DNA of 64,000 nucleotides from an uncultured virus (IMG/VR IMGVR_UViG_3300050821_016519) (taxonomy: Duplodnaviria > Heunggongvirae > Uroviricota > Caudoviricetes): the IMG/VR virus record IMGVR_UViG_3300050821_016519, one strand, 5' to 3'. The notes under the pieces were generated by a model that saw only the letters and a list, made by a program, of their open reading frames with translations, was not told the origin of the DNA and searched no databases. How positions within the stretch are numbered: position 1 is the first letter of the stretch; every line of letters begins with the position of its first letter. The translations under genes were made by a program, and so were the position numbers. Below, in pieces: positions 45,834-55,273 of the stretch.

Positions 45834-47450
45834 ATGGCCGAGCGCACCGAACAAATCACTTTCTGGCTCCGCGCAAAGGACATGACTGCCGAGGCTTATA
45901 AGTCGGCAAAGGAAAAGCTGGAAAACTTTATCCACGAAAGCCGTGGAGGAGCGCGCCTGCTGGAGCATGGCTTGAAGCTCGGCGGTGCCGGGATTGTGGT
46001 CGCCCTTTTGGCCGAAGGGTTGAATCGAGCGGCAGAGGGGATGCGGGCCTACACGGAAAGAGTCTCGGAGGCGACGGATGCCGAAGACCTGCACAAGGCC
46101 AAGGTTCAAGGCATGCTTGATGTGGTGTCGTCAATCGACCCGCTGGTCGGTGCCCTCGATCGGGTCGTCGATGCTTACAAAGACTTGCACGCAGAACAAC
46201 TCAAAGAGGCCGGCGCTTCAGACAAGGTGATCGACCGCGCCCGCTCGGACGCCGGCACCCTGAAATATCTGCACGAGAAGCTGGAAGAAACCACCCGCGC
46301 CTATCACGAGCAGCGATCGGCCCTGAATGAACTGGCGGAGGCGCGGGCTCAGCAACGACCGGGTATGAGCGCGGAGGGGGCGGCGGTCGGAAACGCGGCG
46401 CGGGCGGCAGCCGATCGCATCGCGGACCTGCGGAAGGAACTTGAAGAATACAAGAAACACCACTTCAATCCGACCGAGTTGGAGAAAGGGGTCATCGCCC
46501 AGAAGGATTCCGCGATCGAGGATACCACCAAGGCTGCGCAGATTGAGATAGAGAACATCCACGATAAATTTCGCCGTGAGGAGCGCGACCGCAACGCCGC
46601 GCACAACGAGCGATTGGAGTCCGACGACGCCGAGCATGAAATAAAGCTGAGGCGTCTTGCCGCCGAAGCTGACGCCGAAGAACTGCACGGGTTGAACGAA
46701 AGTTTCGAGGCCGAGCAGGTGCTGCGCGATAATCAATACGAGGAAGAAAAACGCCGCGCCGACTTGAAGCTCAATGACGATCTGAATCGCATCCGCGACG
46801 AGGCCCAGAAGCGAAAGGACGCGGGCCAGCCTCCCCTCAACGATGCCGCCGAAAGGGAGCGCGCTTATCGGCAGCACGATCAAACCCAGAAGGCCATTGA
46901 TGCGCAGAAAACAGAAGCCGATCACCGAGCCACGATCGAACACCAGAACCAGATTCAGGATGAGCGCGAGGAGCGCCGACGAGCCGTGATGTCAGCCGGC
47001 CTGGAAATGTTGCACGAGGAAGCGGAGTTGGGCAGCAATCAGGCCAAGAAGGCGGCGACGATCCTGGAGATTCACGAGAAGTTCAACGAAAAACGCGAGG
47101 AGTTCAACAAGCTGCTCCGCGAGGGCCAGGACCTCACCGCTGATGAACGCAAGCAAATCGAGGCGGCGCGGGATGCGACGGTCGGCGTCGAAAAGGCCGC
47201 GATCGCGCGGGCCGGCATGCCGGAATTCGGGCCGTTCAGCTCACCATTTGCCCAGTCGCCGGAATTGAAATTCGGCCAGGATGCAGGGCGGGAAGCGTTT
47301 GCCGCCAATGCCCGGCAGGCGGAACAGACGGCACGCGCCATCTGGCAAAAGCAGCTCGACGCCCAGAACGCCTCCAATACCCACCTCCAGCATCTGATCG
47401 AAATGGCCCGTCAATTCCTCAAAGACGCAATGGCTCCAGCCGGTCTTTGA
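45834..47450 (+). CDS. Tape measure protein (short, 538 aa)
   Basis: LRAKD N-terminus, long charged coiled coil, position after the chaperones. Confidence 0.75.
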   Translation: MAERTEQITFWLRAKDMTAEAYKSAKEKLENFIHESRGGARLLEHGLKLGGAGIVVALLAEGLNRAAEGMRAYTERVSEATDAEDLHKAKVQGMLDVVSSIDPLVGALDRVVDAYKDLHAEQLKEAGASDKVIDRARSDAGTLKYLHEKLEETTRAYHEQRSALNELAEARAQQRPGMSAEGAAVGNAARAAADRIADLRKELEEYKKHHFNPTELEKGVIAQKDSAIEDTTKAAQIEIENIHDKFRREERDRNAAHNERLESDDAEHEIKLRRLAAEADAEELHGLNESFEAEQVLRDNQYEEEKRRADLKLNDDLNRIRDEAQKRKDAGQPPLNDAAERERAYRQHDQTQKAIDAQKTEADHRATIEHQNQIQDEREERRRAVMSAGLEMLHEEAELGSNQAKKAATILEIHEKFNEKREEFNKLLREGQDLTADERKQIEAARDATVGVEKAAIARAGMPEFGPFSSPFAQSPELKFGQDAGREAFAANARQAEQTARAIWQKQLDAQNASNTHLQHLIEMARQFLKDAMAPAGL

Positions 47451-47460
47451 CTCAACTCCC

Positions 47461-48516
47461 ATGTCCACCATCGCCCAAGCCAGCGAGCGCTGGGAAAACC
47501 AGCGGCTCAACTTCAACGTCGACCTGCTCAAGTGGACCGCCCACCGCGAGTTCGACGTGGCCTACGCCGTCGACGAGGTGGACGCGATCGCGGCCTGCTC
47601 GGCGCAGTTCGCGGTGGATTACAACGCACCCCACAATCTCTCCTCGACCCTGCGCTGTCTGAGCATCAGCGCCGACAAATCCCTCTACTCCGTCTACCGG
47701 GTTCACGCTGAATACGGCGTCCCTGATGGCGGCGAAGCGCCAGCCAGCGCCGATCCTCTGAGTCAGCCGCCCATGATGGCTTGGGAGCCGGCGCTTCAGA
47801 GCGTCGATTTCAGCCACACCATCCAGGGTACGCCGGTGCAGACCGCGGCAGGACAACCTTACGATCCGCCGGCGCAGACCGATCTGCCGACGATGAACCT
47901 CGTCTACACGCGCTACCAGCCGTTTTACGATCCGGCGGCGGCAACCCGGCTGATGGGGACGATGAATAAAGACAACTTCGTGATCAAGGGCAAGGTGATG
48001 AACGCGGCGGTGCAGCCCGGACAGGCGCGGGTTAAAAACATCGTGCCGATCGGCGAATACTCGCTACAGGCGTATTTCGTGAAAGTCAGATGGACCTTTG
48101 AAATCCGACCCACGTTCAGCGCTACCGGACCGGATGGATTGAGCGATGCCTGGGACGTTCGGGAAATCAACAAGGGCTCGGTCGGTTGGTTCCAACCATC
48201 GACGCCCGCACAATCGATGACGCCCGACACAGAGGCCCCCACCCCGCAGATGGCCCCGTTTTATTACGTGGGCGAGCAGCCGCCGACCAGAGTCACGGAA
48301 GCGATCGTTTATCTCGACAAGACGGGACTCCCGTTGGATACCGCCAGCTTCAAGGTCGGGCACCAGCTCGCTACTCCCGTCGCCAATCCGACGCCGATGG
48401 TGGAAGGGCCGGACTTCTTCTGGGAAACGCTCCAGGCTCCATCGGTCCCTACCGGCCAGATTTATGTCGGACACTGGCGGCGCTTGAAGCCGATCCCGTA
48501 TGCGAATCTGTTATGA
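47461..48516 (+). CDS. Tail-tip/distal tail protein
   Basis: Follows the tape measure gene; PVQTAAGQPYDPP...MGTMNKDNF pattern. Confidence 0.6.
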   Translation: MSTIAQASERWENQRLNFNVDLLKWTAHREFDVAYAVDEVDAIAACSAQFAVDYNAPHNLSSTLRCLSISADKSLYSVYRVHAEYGVPDGGEAPASADPLSQPPMMAWEPALQSVDFSHTIQGTPVQTAAGQPYDPPAQTDLPTMNLVYTRYQPFYDPAAATRLMGTMNKDNFVIKGKVMNAAVQPGQARVKNIVPIGEYSLQAYFVKVRWTFEIRPTFSATGPDGLSDAWDVREINKGSVGWFQPSTPAQSMTPDTEAPTPQMAPFYYVGEQPPTRVTEAIVYLDKTGLPLDTASFKVGHQLATPVANPTPMVEGPDFFWETLQAPSVPTGQIYVGHWRRLKPIPYANLL

Positions 48517-48519
48517 TGT

Positions 48520-48792
48520 GTGATGTGCGACGTGATAAATAACGAAGACCTGGAACGATACGCCAAGGTCGGATTTTCGGGAGACTGCGGCGATGGCGTT
48601 GATAATGCGGTAAGGGATCTCGCTACGGAACTTTTGGAGGCCCGAAGGCTCGCGCGGTGCGCGAAGCAAATTGAGGCAGAGCGGAAGGCGGACATGCGTG
48701 GGAACCCAATCGCGACGTTGGACCTATTCGCGACTTGGATCGGATACTACGCGATGTTGACCGAGCATCTCACGCCCCACGAAAAGCAATGA
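48520..48792 (+). CDS. Hypothetical protein
   Basis: Lower-GC insert. Confidence 0.45.
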   Translation: MMCDVINNEDLERYAKVGFSGDCGDGVDNAVRDLATELLEARRLARCAKQIEAERKADMRGNPIATLDLFATWIGYYAMLTEHLTPHEKQ

Positions 48793-48795
48793 GAT

Positions 48796-49044
48796 TCAAT
48801 CCGCGTCACGGGACACTTTCATTGCGGCAAGCCAGGAAAGTACGCTCTCGTCGCGGAGTTTTTCCGCCGCCGCTTCGATTCTCTTGAGCCTCTCCGATCC
48901 AATCTCAAGAACCACCGGATTCGGTTCGCCATCCGTATCTTTCAGCAGTTCGGCCGCGGCAACGGCCGCCCTTGCGGCGTGTCGCCTGAGTACGTCAAGT
49001 TCTGTATATGCCGGGAGGGCACGAGTTTTATTTTGGCGATCCAT
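48796..49044 (-). CDS. Hypothetical protein
   Basis: Helical ORF; start uncertain. Confidence 0.4.
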   Translation of the reverse strand: MDRQNKTRALPAYTELDVLRRHAARAAVAAAELLKDTDGEPNPVVLEIGSERLKRIEAAAEKLRDESVLSWLAAMKVSRDAD

Positions 49045-49223
49045 TTTGCCATTTTGCTCGATCAACGACGCTTGGCGAAACTCGGGTCGTTGGTCGTTAA
49101 AGCTGCCGGTGTGATGGTTCCCATACTTCAAACACAGTAGCGCCTTTGGGAATCGCGCGTATTCGGAAGTGAGCGTGCGACGGGGCAGACAGCGCCGTAA
49201 AGCTGCGCATCGCTTGAAGTATG

Positions 49224-49433
49224 TCAACCGGCCGGGGGGATATCCTCAACCCATGCCCGGACTGAATGGCGCATTAAGTCAAGGATTCGCTCGCCATCGC
49301 CGGTAGGAATATACCCCGCGCCCCCGCAAGCCTCGCAACGCAGCGCCTTATCGCGGTCCTCCGGCCAATACCATCCCTTACCTCCGCAATGCGCGCATGG
49401 AGTTTCCAAAGCCGGCAACGAGCATTTCTTCAT
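49224..49433 (-). CDS. Anti-TRAP (RtpA)-like zinc-finger protein
   Basis: LETPCAHCGGKG...CEACGGAGYIPTGDGERILDLMRH mirrors the anti-TRAP architecture. Confidence 0.6.
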   Translation of the reverse strand: MKKCSLPALETPCAHCGGKGWYWPEDRDKALRCEACGGAGYIPTGDGERILDLMRHSVRAWVEDIPPAG

Positions 49434-49466
49434 TCCAAACTCCGAACGGCCACATTCTAACGCCCC

Positions 49467-50219
49467 ATGCCCGACCGCTACTATCTCACCGCCGCGGATA
49501 TCCAGTGGTTGCGCGATCTGCGCCAGACCGTCTCGACCATCTCCGGCGACGGCGTGGTCAACGACGGACAGCGCATCCGCATCATGCAACAGCGGCAAGC
49601 GCGCTCGGTCTCATCGGATGTCTTCAATCCGACCGTCGCCCGCATCACCTCCAGCGCCGGCTGCGGACGGGGATTTTACGGGGGCCGACAGCAAACGCTC
49701 AACAACGGCAACGGCATCGATCCGGCGCAGGACATGAAGCTGGAGAACCTGTTTCAGGACGTCAACACCAGCGACGACTGCTGGATCGCCAACATCAACG
49801 AGAACGATTTCGCCCCCATGGGCCATGATCTCAACGTCAACGGCACCCGCTTCGTCTGGGGATACCTGGCGGGGCAGACCAGCTCCAGCTCCTCGCTCGC
49901 CGTCCGCCCGCTGGTGATCTGCGAAAGCCAGCAGCTCTGGCTGGGCGTGCCAGTGACCTTGAGCAATCCCATGGGCTCGCGCGGAACCAGCCTTCCGCCG
50001 GTGGCGGCCACCCTCACCTACACCATCACGGCGCTTGACGGGGTGAAAATCGCCGACAACGTGCCGGTCGATTGGCGCTTTCCCGGCCATGTCAGCGACG
50101 CCGGCCTGGGGACGCGCGGGCTGTATTACCCGGATTCCCAAGCCAATATGTTCAAACCCCACCTGCTGATTACGAACGAGGTCATTGATGTCGGATCCTG
50201 CGTCCCGCCATCCTCATGA
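49467..50219 (+). CDS. Tail-tip structural protein
   Basis: Position; ends in Cys (VIDVGSC). Confidence 0.6.
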   Translation: MPDRYYLTAADIQWLRDLRQTVSTISGDGVVNDGQRIRIMQQRQARSVSSDVFNPTVARITSSAGCGRGFYGGRQQTLNNGNGIDPAQDMKLENLFQDVNTSDDCWIANINENDFAPMGHDLNVNGTRFVWGYLAGQTSSSSSLAVRPLVICESQQLWLGVPVTLSNPMGSRGTSLPPVAATLTYTITALDGVKIADNVPVDWRFPGHVSDAGLGTRGLYYPDSQANMFKPHLLITNEVIDVGSCVPPSS

Positions 50220-50270
50220 TCCCTTCTCCGCGTCCCCGCGTCTCCCCGTCCCCGTGTCTTCTTCTCTCCC

Positions 50271-51062
50271 ATGGCCCTGTTCGGCGCAGATGGCTGGTTG
50301 TTCGGCAGCAAAGGCGCGCTCTATCTGGGCGCGACGGTGCCTGGCAATCCGGGGCTGGGCGATTATCCCTTCACGCCCGGCCCGCTGCCGCCGTCCAACT
50401 CACCGTGCCCCTGCTGTTGCAACTGTCCCTCGATCGGCGGCTCGGGCAGCACCGGGAGCTACAAGACAACCAAGACGCTGACCATCAGCAATGTCAACAT
50501 TGCCGCAGCCTTGGGAACCTGCTGGACGGTCTTCGGCGGTCTTTTCTCCTACCGCTTCAATTCCGTACCCGTCAACGGCACCTTCACGCTCACCCTGCGG
50601 GCACAATATCGCAGCTTCGGCACCACCGTCGCTTGTTACTACGGTTTGGACATCCCGGCTTCATCGGACCAATGGGTCGGGCTCGGATGCTCCGGCGTGC
50701 TCCAGTTCCACTGCTCAGTGCTCCACTTTGAGCTGGTGATCGTTCCGCCATCGCCCGACTTTGATGGATTCACCGGTCTGATCGTCTATCTGACCAACCC
50801 GGCCGCGCCGCTCATTGGGATTCCTCCTGTGCTCAACGGCAACGGTCAGGGCGCGATCGTCGCTGGCGAAGATTACGGCGGCAGCGGTGCCCCGTTCATT
50901 CCTTACATGACCTTGGGGCCTCCCCTGCCCTGCGGCGGTTCGATCGTCGCTGTCTCCAATAATCCGCCGACCGGACCCAACGACAACTTCGGCGGTTTTG
51001 GCGGCTTCTCGATTCCGCCCGGCGGCTTCTTCGGCGGTAAATTCGTGGTGACGGACGCCTAG
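50271..51062 (+). CDS. Cys-rich tail-tip protein
   Basis: CPCCCNC motif; beta-rich. Confidence 0.6.
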   Translation: MALFGADGWLFGSKGALYLGATVPGNPGLGDYPFTPGPLPPSNSPCPCCCNCPSIGGSGSTGSYKTTKTLTISNVNIAAALGTCWTVFGGLFSYRFNSVPVNGTFTLTLRAQYRSFGTTVACYYGLDIPASSDQWVGLGCSGVLQFHCSVLHFELVIVPPSPDFDGFTGLIVYLTNPAAPLIGIPPVLNGNGQGAIVAGEDYGGSGAPFIPYMTLGPPLPCGGSIVAVSNNPPTGPNDNFGGFGGFSIPPGGFFGGKFVVTDA

Positions 51063-51068
51063 TACGCG

Positions 51069-52142
51069 ATGAAGTCCCAGACCGAAGACGATCGCCTGTC
51101 CCTCTGCCACACCTGCCCATTCGCCCAGCGCCCCTGCTTCGGAGCCTGCGCCTGCACGGTCGATGGCATCGATCTGACGATCCACGCCCAAAGCGGCCAA
51201 TGCCCCAAGGGCAAATACGACGCGGCCGCCCGAGCGCTCGAGGACACCGGCGAAGATTCCTGGAGCTGGCCGGCGCCGCCTGCCCCATCTCCACCGGGGA
51301 GCAAAGGCTGCTGCGGCGAAGAGGTTGCCACGGTCAAGACTGCGATTCTCCAGCCCGGGCGGGCCGGCGACCTGCTGACGCTGATCCCCGCATTTCGCTG
51401 GCTCACCGAACAGGCCCACCGCCGCATCACGCTGCTGGTGGATGAGCCTTATGTGCAGATGTGCGAGCGCTTCGCGTGGATGAAGCAAGTCGTCTGCGAC
51501 TGGACCGGCGGCCCGATGCCGCTTTTCCACCGCGCCGTCGAGGGCGAGTTCGGCCGCTTCGACGAGGTGCGGATCACCACCAACGCCTGGGACCGCCGCG
51601 ACCTGCGCGATTTCATCACCGTGCAATGGGACCGGACCGGCTGCCCGCTGTCGTTCATCGACACCTTGCCGCTGGACGTACACGAATGCCGCGATCCCGA
51701 GGAGCGGCAGATCGTGGAAAAATACGCCCCCGCGTCTCCCCTTCCCCTGGCCCTGTTCAATTGCACCCACTTCCGCAGCGCCGGCCGGCCCGCCGGATTC
51801 GCCCGCGGTGAGGCCCTATTTGCCTTTCTCCAGAAACAGTTCCCCGCGCTGCTGTGGCTCGACCTGGGCTCGTTCCGGGCCCCGCGGATGTATGATCTGC
51901 TGGGTTTGTTCGAGCGCGCGACGGAGTCTGGGGGGGTTCTGGTCGCCAGCGACAACGGCATCCTGCACCTGGGCCGGGTGACGCAGGTCCCCACCATCGC
52001 GCTGGTGCTGGATGACCCGCTCCGCGCCTCGCGAAGATACCCGCACTGGATCGAGAGACTGACCTACGAGGAAGCCGCCCAACCCGGCGGATTCGCATGG
52101 ATACAGAACATTTTGCGGGCGCAACTAAACGGGCACTGCTGA
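51069..52142 (+). CDS. Cys-rich N-terminus + GT9 (heptosyltransferase)-like domain
   Basis: GRAGDLLTLIP, LVASDNGILHLG....VPTIAL. Confidence 0.72.
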   Translation: MKSQTEDDRLSLCHTCPFAQRPCFGACACTVDGIDLTIHAQSGQCPKGKYDAAARALEDTGEDSWSWPAPPAPSPPGSKGCCGEEVATVKTAILQPGRAGDLLTLIPAFRWLTEQAHRRITLLVDEPYVQMCERFAWMKQVVCDWTGGPMPLFHRAVEGEFGRFDEVRITTNAWDRRDLRDFITVQWDRTGCPLSFIDTLPLDVHECRDPEERQIVEKYAPASPLPLALFNCTHFRSAGRPAGFARGEALFAFLQKQFPALLWLDLGSFRAPRMYDLLGLFERATESGGVLVASDNGILHLGRVTQVPTIALVLDDPLRASRRYPHWIERLTYEEAAQPGGFAWIQNILRAQLNGHC

Positions 52143-53380
52143 TCGTCTGTCCCGAGGGCAGCGGCTCGACGCTCTTGAACCGTCTCCTGGAAGCGGCTGG
52201 CTGGCAGTCGTGGAACACCGGCGACCCGCGCCATGATGTTCCGCTCTCGGAGATGGGCCGGCAGATCGTCGTTAAGCGCAGCCTGCCCTACGGCGTGGGC
52301 GACCAGCGCGGCTGGCCGGATTTACCCGTGCTGCGTGGCGAGCTGGAAGCGGCGGGATACGCCGTCGCGCTATTGGTGCTTCTGCGGTCAGGCGAATCGA
52401 CGGTGCAGTCGCAGTTGCGCCGCCAGTACGTTCAGGACAAATCGGAGGGACTGGCCAACCTCGCCTCGGCCCTGCGCCGAATCAGCGAATTTGTCGAGTC
52501 CCCATCCTCCCCTCGTCCCCTCTCCCCTTCTCCCCCTCCTCCCCTACCCTGGCTCCTGCTCACCTACGAGCAGATCATCTACGACTATTCCAGCCTGCGC
52601 CGCGCCCTCTTGACGCTGGGGGTCGATTTGGGCGAGCGGCCGGCGGGAATCCTGCGCGATCCCGATGAACTGCGGCCCGGCGGATGGGACAGCCCCAAGG
52701 CCGACCTGAGCGGGGTCACGCTGGTTTGCATCGACACCAATCATCCCGAGCAGGGCTGCGCCGCGGTCAATCGCACCCTGCGGCACTGCCAGGTCGATAA
52801 GGTGATGTTCCTTGCCCCGCGGCGCCCGAAGGCGCTGCCCGTCGATGCCGCCTATGTGAAGATCGAGCCGTTCGCCAGCGTCTACGACTATTCCCGCTTC
52901 GTTCTCGAGGAGCTGCACCGCTTCATCGACGCGCCGCACTGCCTGATCGTGCAGAGCGACGGCTTCGCGCGGAATCCCTCGACCTGGAGCCGGGCGTTCC
53001 TCGACTACGATTACGTCGGCAGTCCGTGGCACTGGCAGGATCAATGGATCGTCGGTAACGGCGGCTTCTCCCTGCGCAGCCGCAGGTTCCTTCAGGAGAC
53101 AGCGAAACTCGGCTACGGGCGCATGGAGCATCCCGACACGCCGGTCCCGCCGGCTGAGCACTGCGAGGACTGGTTCAGTTGCGTGTTCTGCCGTACCACG
53201 ATGGAGGCGGCGGGAATTCGCTTTGCCCCGGTGACGGTGGCGGCGCGGTTCAGCTTCGAGTGTCATCAGCCGCCGCCGCACCCCTGGCCGGAGGATCGCC
53301 GGCTGACCTTCGGCTTCCACGGCGAGCGGGCGATCGAGTTGTTGCGCCAGCAGTACGGGGTCGATGTATGGAACGAATAG
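52097..53380 (+). CDS. Sulfotransferase-like P-loop domain fused to a DUF5672-like GT-A domain
   Basis: PEGSGSTLL...LLLTYE; C-terminal HCLIVQSDGF...FLDYDYVGSPW...VGNGGFSLRS...FGFHG. Confidence 0.72.
   Translation: MDTEHFAGATKRALLIVCPEGSGSTLLNRLLEAAGWQSWNTGDPRHDVPLSEMGRQIVVKRSLPYGVGDQRGWPDLPVLRGELEAAGYAVALLVLLRSGESTVQSQLRRQYVQDKSEGLANLASALRRISEFVESPSSPRPLSPSPPPPLPWLLLTYEQIIYDYSSLRRALLTLGVDLGERPAGILRDPDELRPGGWDSPKADLSGVTLVCIDTNHPEQGCAAVNRTLRHCQVDKVMFLAPRRPKALPVDAAYVKIEPFASVYDYSRFVLEELHRFIDAPHCLIVQSDGFARNPSTWSRAFLDYDYVGSPWHWQDQWIVGNGGFSLRSRRFLQETAKLGYGRMEHPDTPVPPAEHCEDWFSCVFCRTTMEAAGIRFAPVTVAARFSFECHQPPPHPWPEDRRLTFGFHGERAIELLRQQYGVDVWNE
52503..52550. repeat. Pyrimidine-rich repeat inserted in frame
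   Basis: Encodes SSPRPLSPSPPPPLP. Confidence 0.65.
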
Positions 53381-54636
53381 CCGTGGAACGAATCGTTCAC
53401 ATCTTCCATGAGCACTCCCCCAAGAGCGACGATGAGCGGCGCCGCAACGACAACGCGGTCAAGACCTGGGGCAACGAAGAACGGGTGACGCTCAAGCCGA
53501 TCGCGCCACGGCGCGCCTTCGGCGACGATGCCCGCCGCGTTCCCTACCTGAAAGACATCTTCGATTATGGCTGCTGGGGCGAACCCGAGGAAACGATCGT
53601 TGTCTGGACCAACTGCGACGCCTGCCTGGTTCCCGACGCCTACGAAGCGGTGCGCCAGACGATGGCGGAGGGCAAGAACGACGCCTGTTATTCCGGGCGG
53701 ATCAACGTCGTCGACGCCAGCAACGTCCCCCCGTCCTATGTGTTCGCTTTCGACGATCCGACCGCAGGCACGGACTTGATCGCCTTCCGGCCGCACTGGT
53801 GGCGCAGAGTCCATCGCGAGGTGCCGGATTTCCTGATCGCCGCCGAAGCCTTCGACGCCTGTCTGACCAAGCTGATCGAGCGCGACAGTCACGCCCCCGA
53901 TCGCGGCGGCATCTCACGCCGCCTGGTCTACCACGAGGATCACGGCCCGGCCTGGTGGGAGACGCACCGCAAGCATCCCATCTCGCTGCACAACCGCAAA
54001 TCGGCGGCGCAGTTCGCCCGCGATGTAGGCATCCCGCTGTTCGAGGGCGAGGACGGCTGGGCGGAAATCGACTGGTCCAAAGGGGGCAAATGGCGCAGTG
54101 TAGATGCGCGCCTGCGCTTCGACCGCGAGCTTTCATCCCTCCTGGCCGACACCTTCATCGAAACCGGCTGCGGCAAAGGGCGCAACCTCAAGACGGCATT
54201 GCTGGCGGGATTCAAAGAGGTCATAGGGATCGAGCAGGACGGCAAGCTCGCCCAAGAGGCCGCGAATATTTTTGGCGTCGCGGCGGTGATCCTGTCTCAA
54301 GACAGCCGCAAGTTTCTCTTTCCGCGGGGGCCGGAGGGGTCGCCGATGGGTCCGACGGCGCTGACGGTGCTGCTGGACGCCAATTTCGACCGGGCTCAGA
54401 ACGGCTTGCCGGCCTGTCCGGTGCTGGAGGAGCTGGCCGCCCTGCGCGAAACGGGGGCGCGGGTGATCGTGACCAACTCCGATATTTACTTCCCTGAGCG
54501 CTGGGAGGGACGCAAGTTCCACGTGCATCACGATGCCGGCGACTGGCCGACCCTGGAACAACTCCAGACGGCCCTGGGGGAGGGTTATTCGTGGATCGAG
54601 CGGGGGACGTTTCTGGTGGCCGAGCCCACAGCCTGA
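53368..54636 (+). CDS. GT-A-like domain fused to a SAM methyltransferase-like domain
   Basis: VPYLKDI, VWTNCD, GTDLIAF, YHEDH; C-terminal FIETGCGKG...VIGIE...LLDA. Confidence 0.7.
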   Translation: MERIAVERIVHIFHEHSPKSDDERRRNDNAVKTWGNEERVTLKPIAPRRAFGDDARRVPYLKDIFDYGCWGEPEETIVVWTNCDACLVPDAYEAVRQTMAEGKNDACYSGRINVVDASNVPPSYVFAFDDPTAGTDLIAFRPHWWRRVHREVPDFLIAAEAFDACLTKLIERDSHAPDRGGISRRLVYHEDHGPAWWETHRKHPISLHNRKSAAQFARDVGIPLFEGEDGWAEIDWSKGGKWRSVDARLRFDRELSSLLADTFIETGCGKGRNLKTALLAGFKEVIGIEQDGKLAQEAANIFGVAAVILSQDSRKFLFPRGPEGSPMGPTALTVLLDANFDRAQNGLPACPVLEELAALRETGARVIVTNSDIYFPERWEGRKFHVHHDAGDWPTLEQLQTALGEGYSWIERGTFLVAEPTA

Positions 54637-54690
54637 GATACAATCCCATCTCCCAGCCCCCGATTCGGGGTTGGGGGTTTCCTGAAAGAC

Positions 54691-54721
54691 GCCGGGGCGC
54701 TTTGTGGCGCTCCGGTTTTTT
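54691..54721 (+). terminator. Intrinsic terminator ending the late operon
   Basis: GCCGGGGCGC/GCGCTCCGGT stem plus T6 at the convergence point; a second hairpin at about 54652-54677. Confidence 0.75.
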
Positions 54722-54728
54722 CATGCAT

Positions 54729-55049
54729 TCAGGATTCCTCCGCCGCTTCCCGCGCCCGTAATCGCGCTTCGCTCACGCGGCGTTCCGGTTTCGTTTTGAA
54801 AAAGAGCAATCCGGCTCCGAACACTTCAAAGTAACCGGTGACGTGAATCCCGAAGTCCATCGCCTGCGCCTCCGGCCCGGATTCCTCGATCCATCGCCAG
54901 CGGGAGAGCGTGCGGATCGCCAATTGGCGGGTGCAGCGCCGAATCTCGTTGACGTTGCCGACATGGGGCTGAAACATGCATTCCACGGGATCGCCATCGG
55001 CCAGCCGGCGCAGCGCTTCATCGAGCGGGATGGGATACTTCGGCGTCAT
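54729..55049 (-). CDS. Hypothetical protein
   Basis: Part of a coupled minus-strand string. Confidence 0.6.
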   Translation of the reverse strand: MTPKYPIPLDEALRRLADGDPVECMFQPHVGNVNEIRRCTRQLAIRTLSRWRWIEESGPEAQAMDFGIHVTGYFEVFGAGLLFFKTKPERRVSEARLRAREAAEES

Positions 55050-55273
55050 CGAACGGTCGCCCGCGCCCGGCGGATGATGGATTCGATCTGCTCCAGACAC
55101 GTCGCCAGGTCCGCCATGTGGGAAACGTCCAGCTCGCAGCCCGCGCCCCGCCCGGCGGCCGACAACAGGAACTTCTGCGATCGCGTCAACCGCTTCTTCG
55201 TCCTGCGCGGCAGCGCCTTGGTGATCTCCACGCGCAGGCCGATGACGATCGCGATGTATTTCTTCTCGTTCAC
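55046..55273 (-). CDS. Hypothetical protein
   Basis: Coupled ORF. Confidence 0.55.
   Translation of the reverse strand: MNEKKYIAIVIGLRVEITKALPRRTKKRLTRSQKFLLSAAGRGAGCELDVSHMADLATCLEQIESIIRRARATVR

Noticed and set aside
35482..50219. Contractile tail or tailocin
   Set aside because: No sheath or baseplate wedge genes were recognised; capsid and integrase indicate a temperate siphovirus-like phage.
8584..54724. Many long antisense or alternate-frame ORFs (e.g. 8584-9870, 19346-20680, 23206-24282, 50715-51770)
   Set aside because: Typical high-GC shadow ORFs lying over motif-bearing genes, with no motifs of their own.
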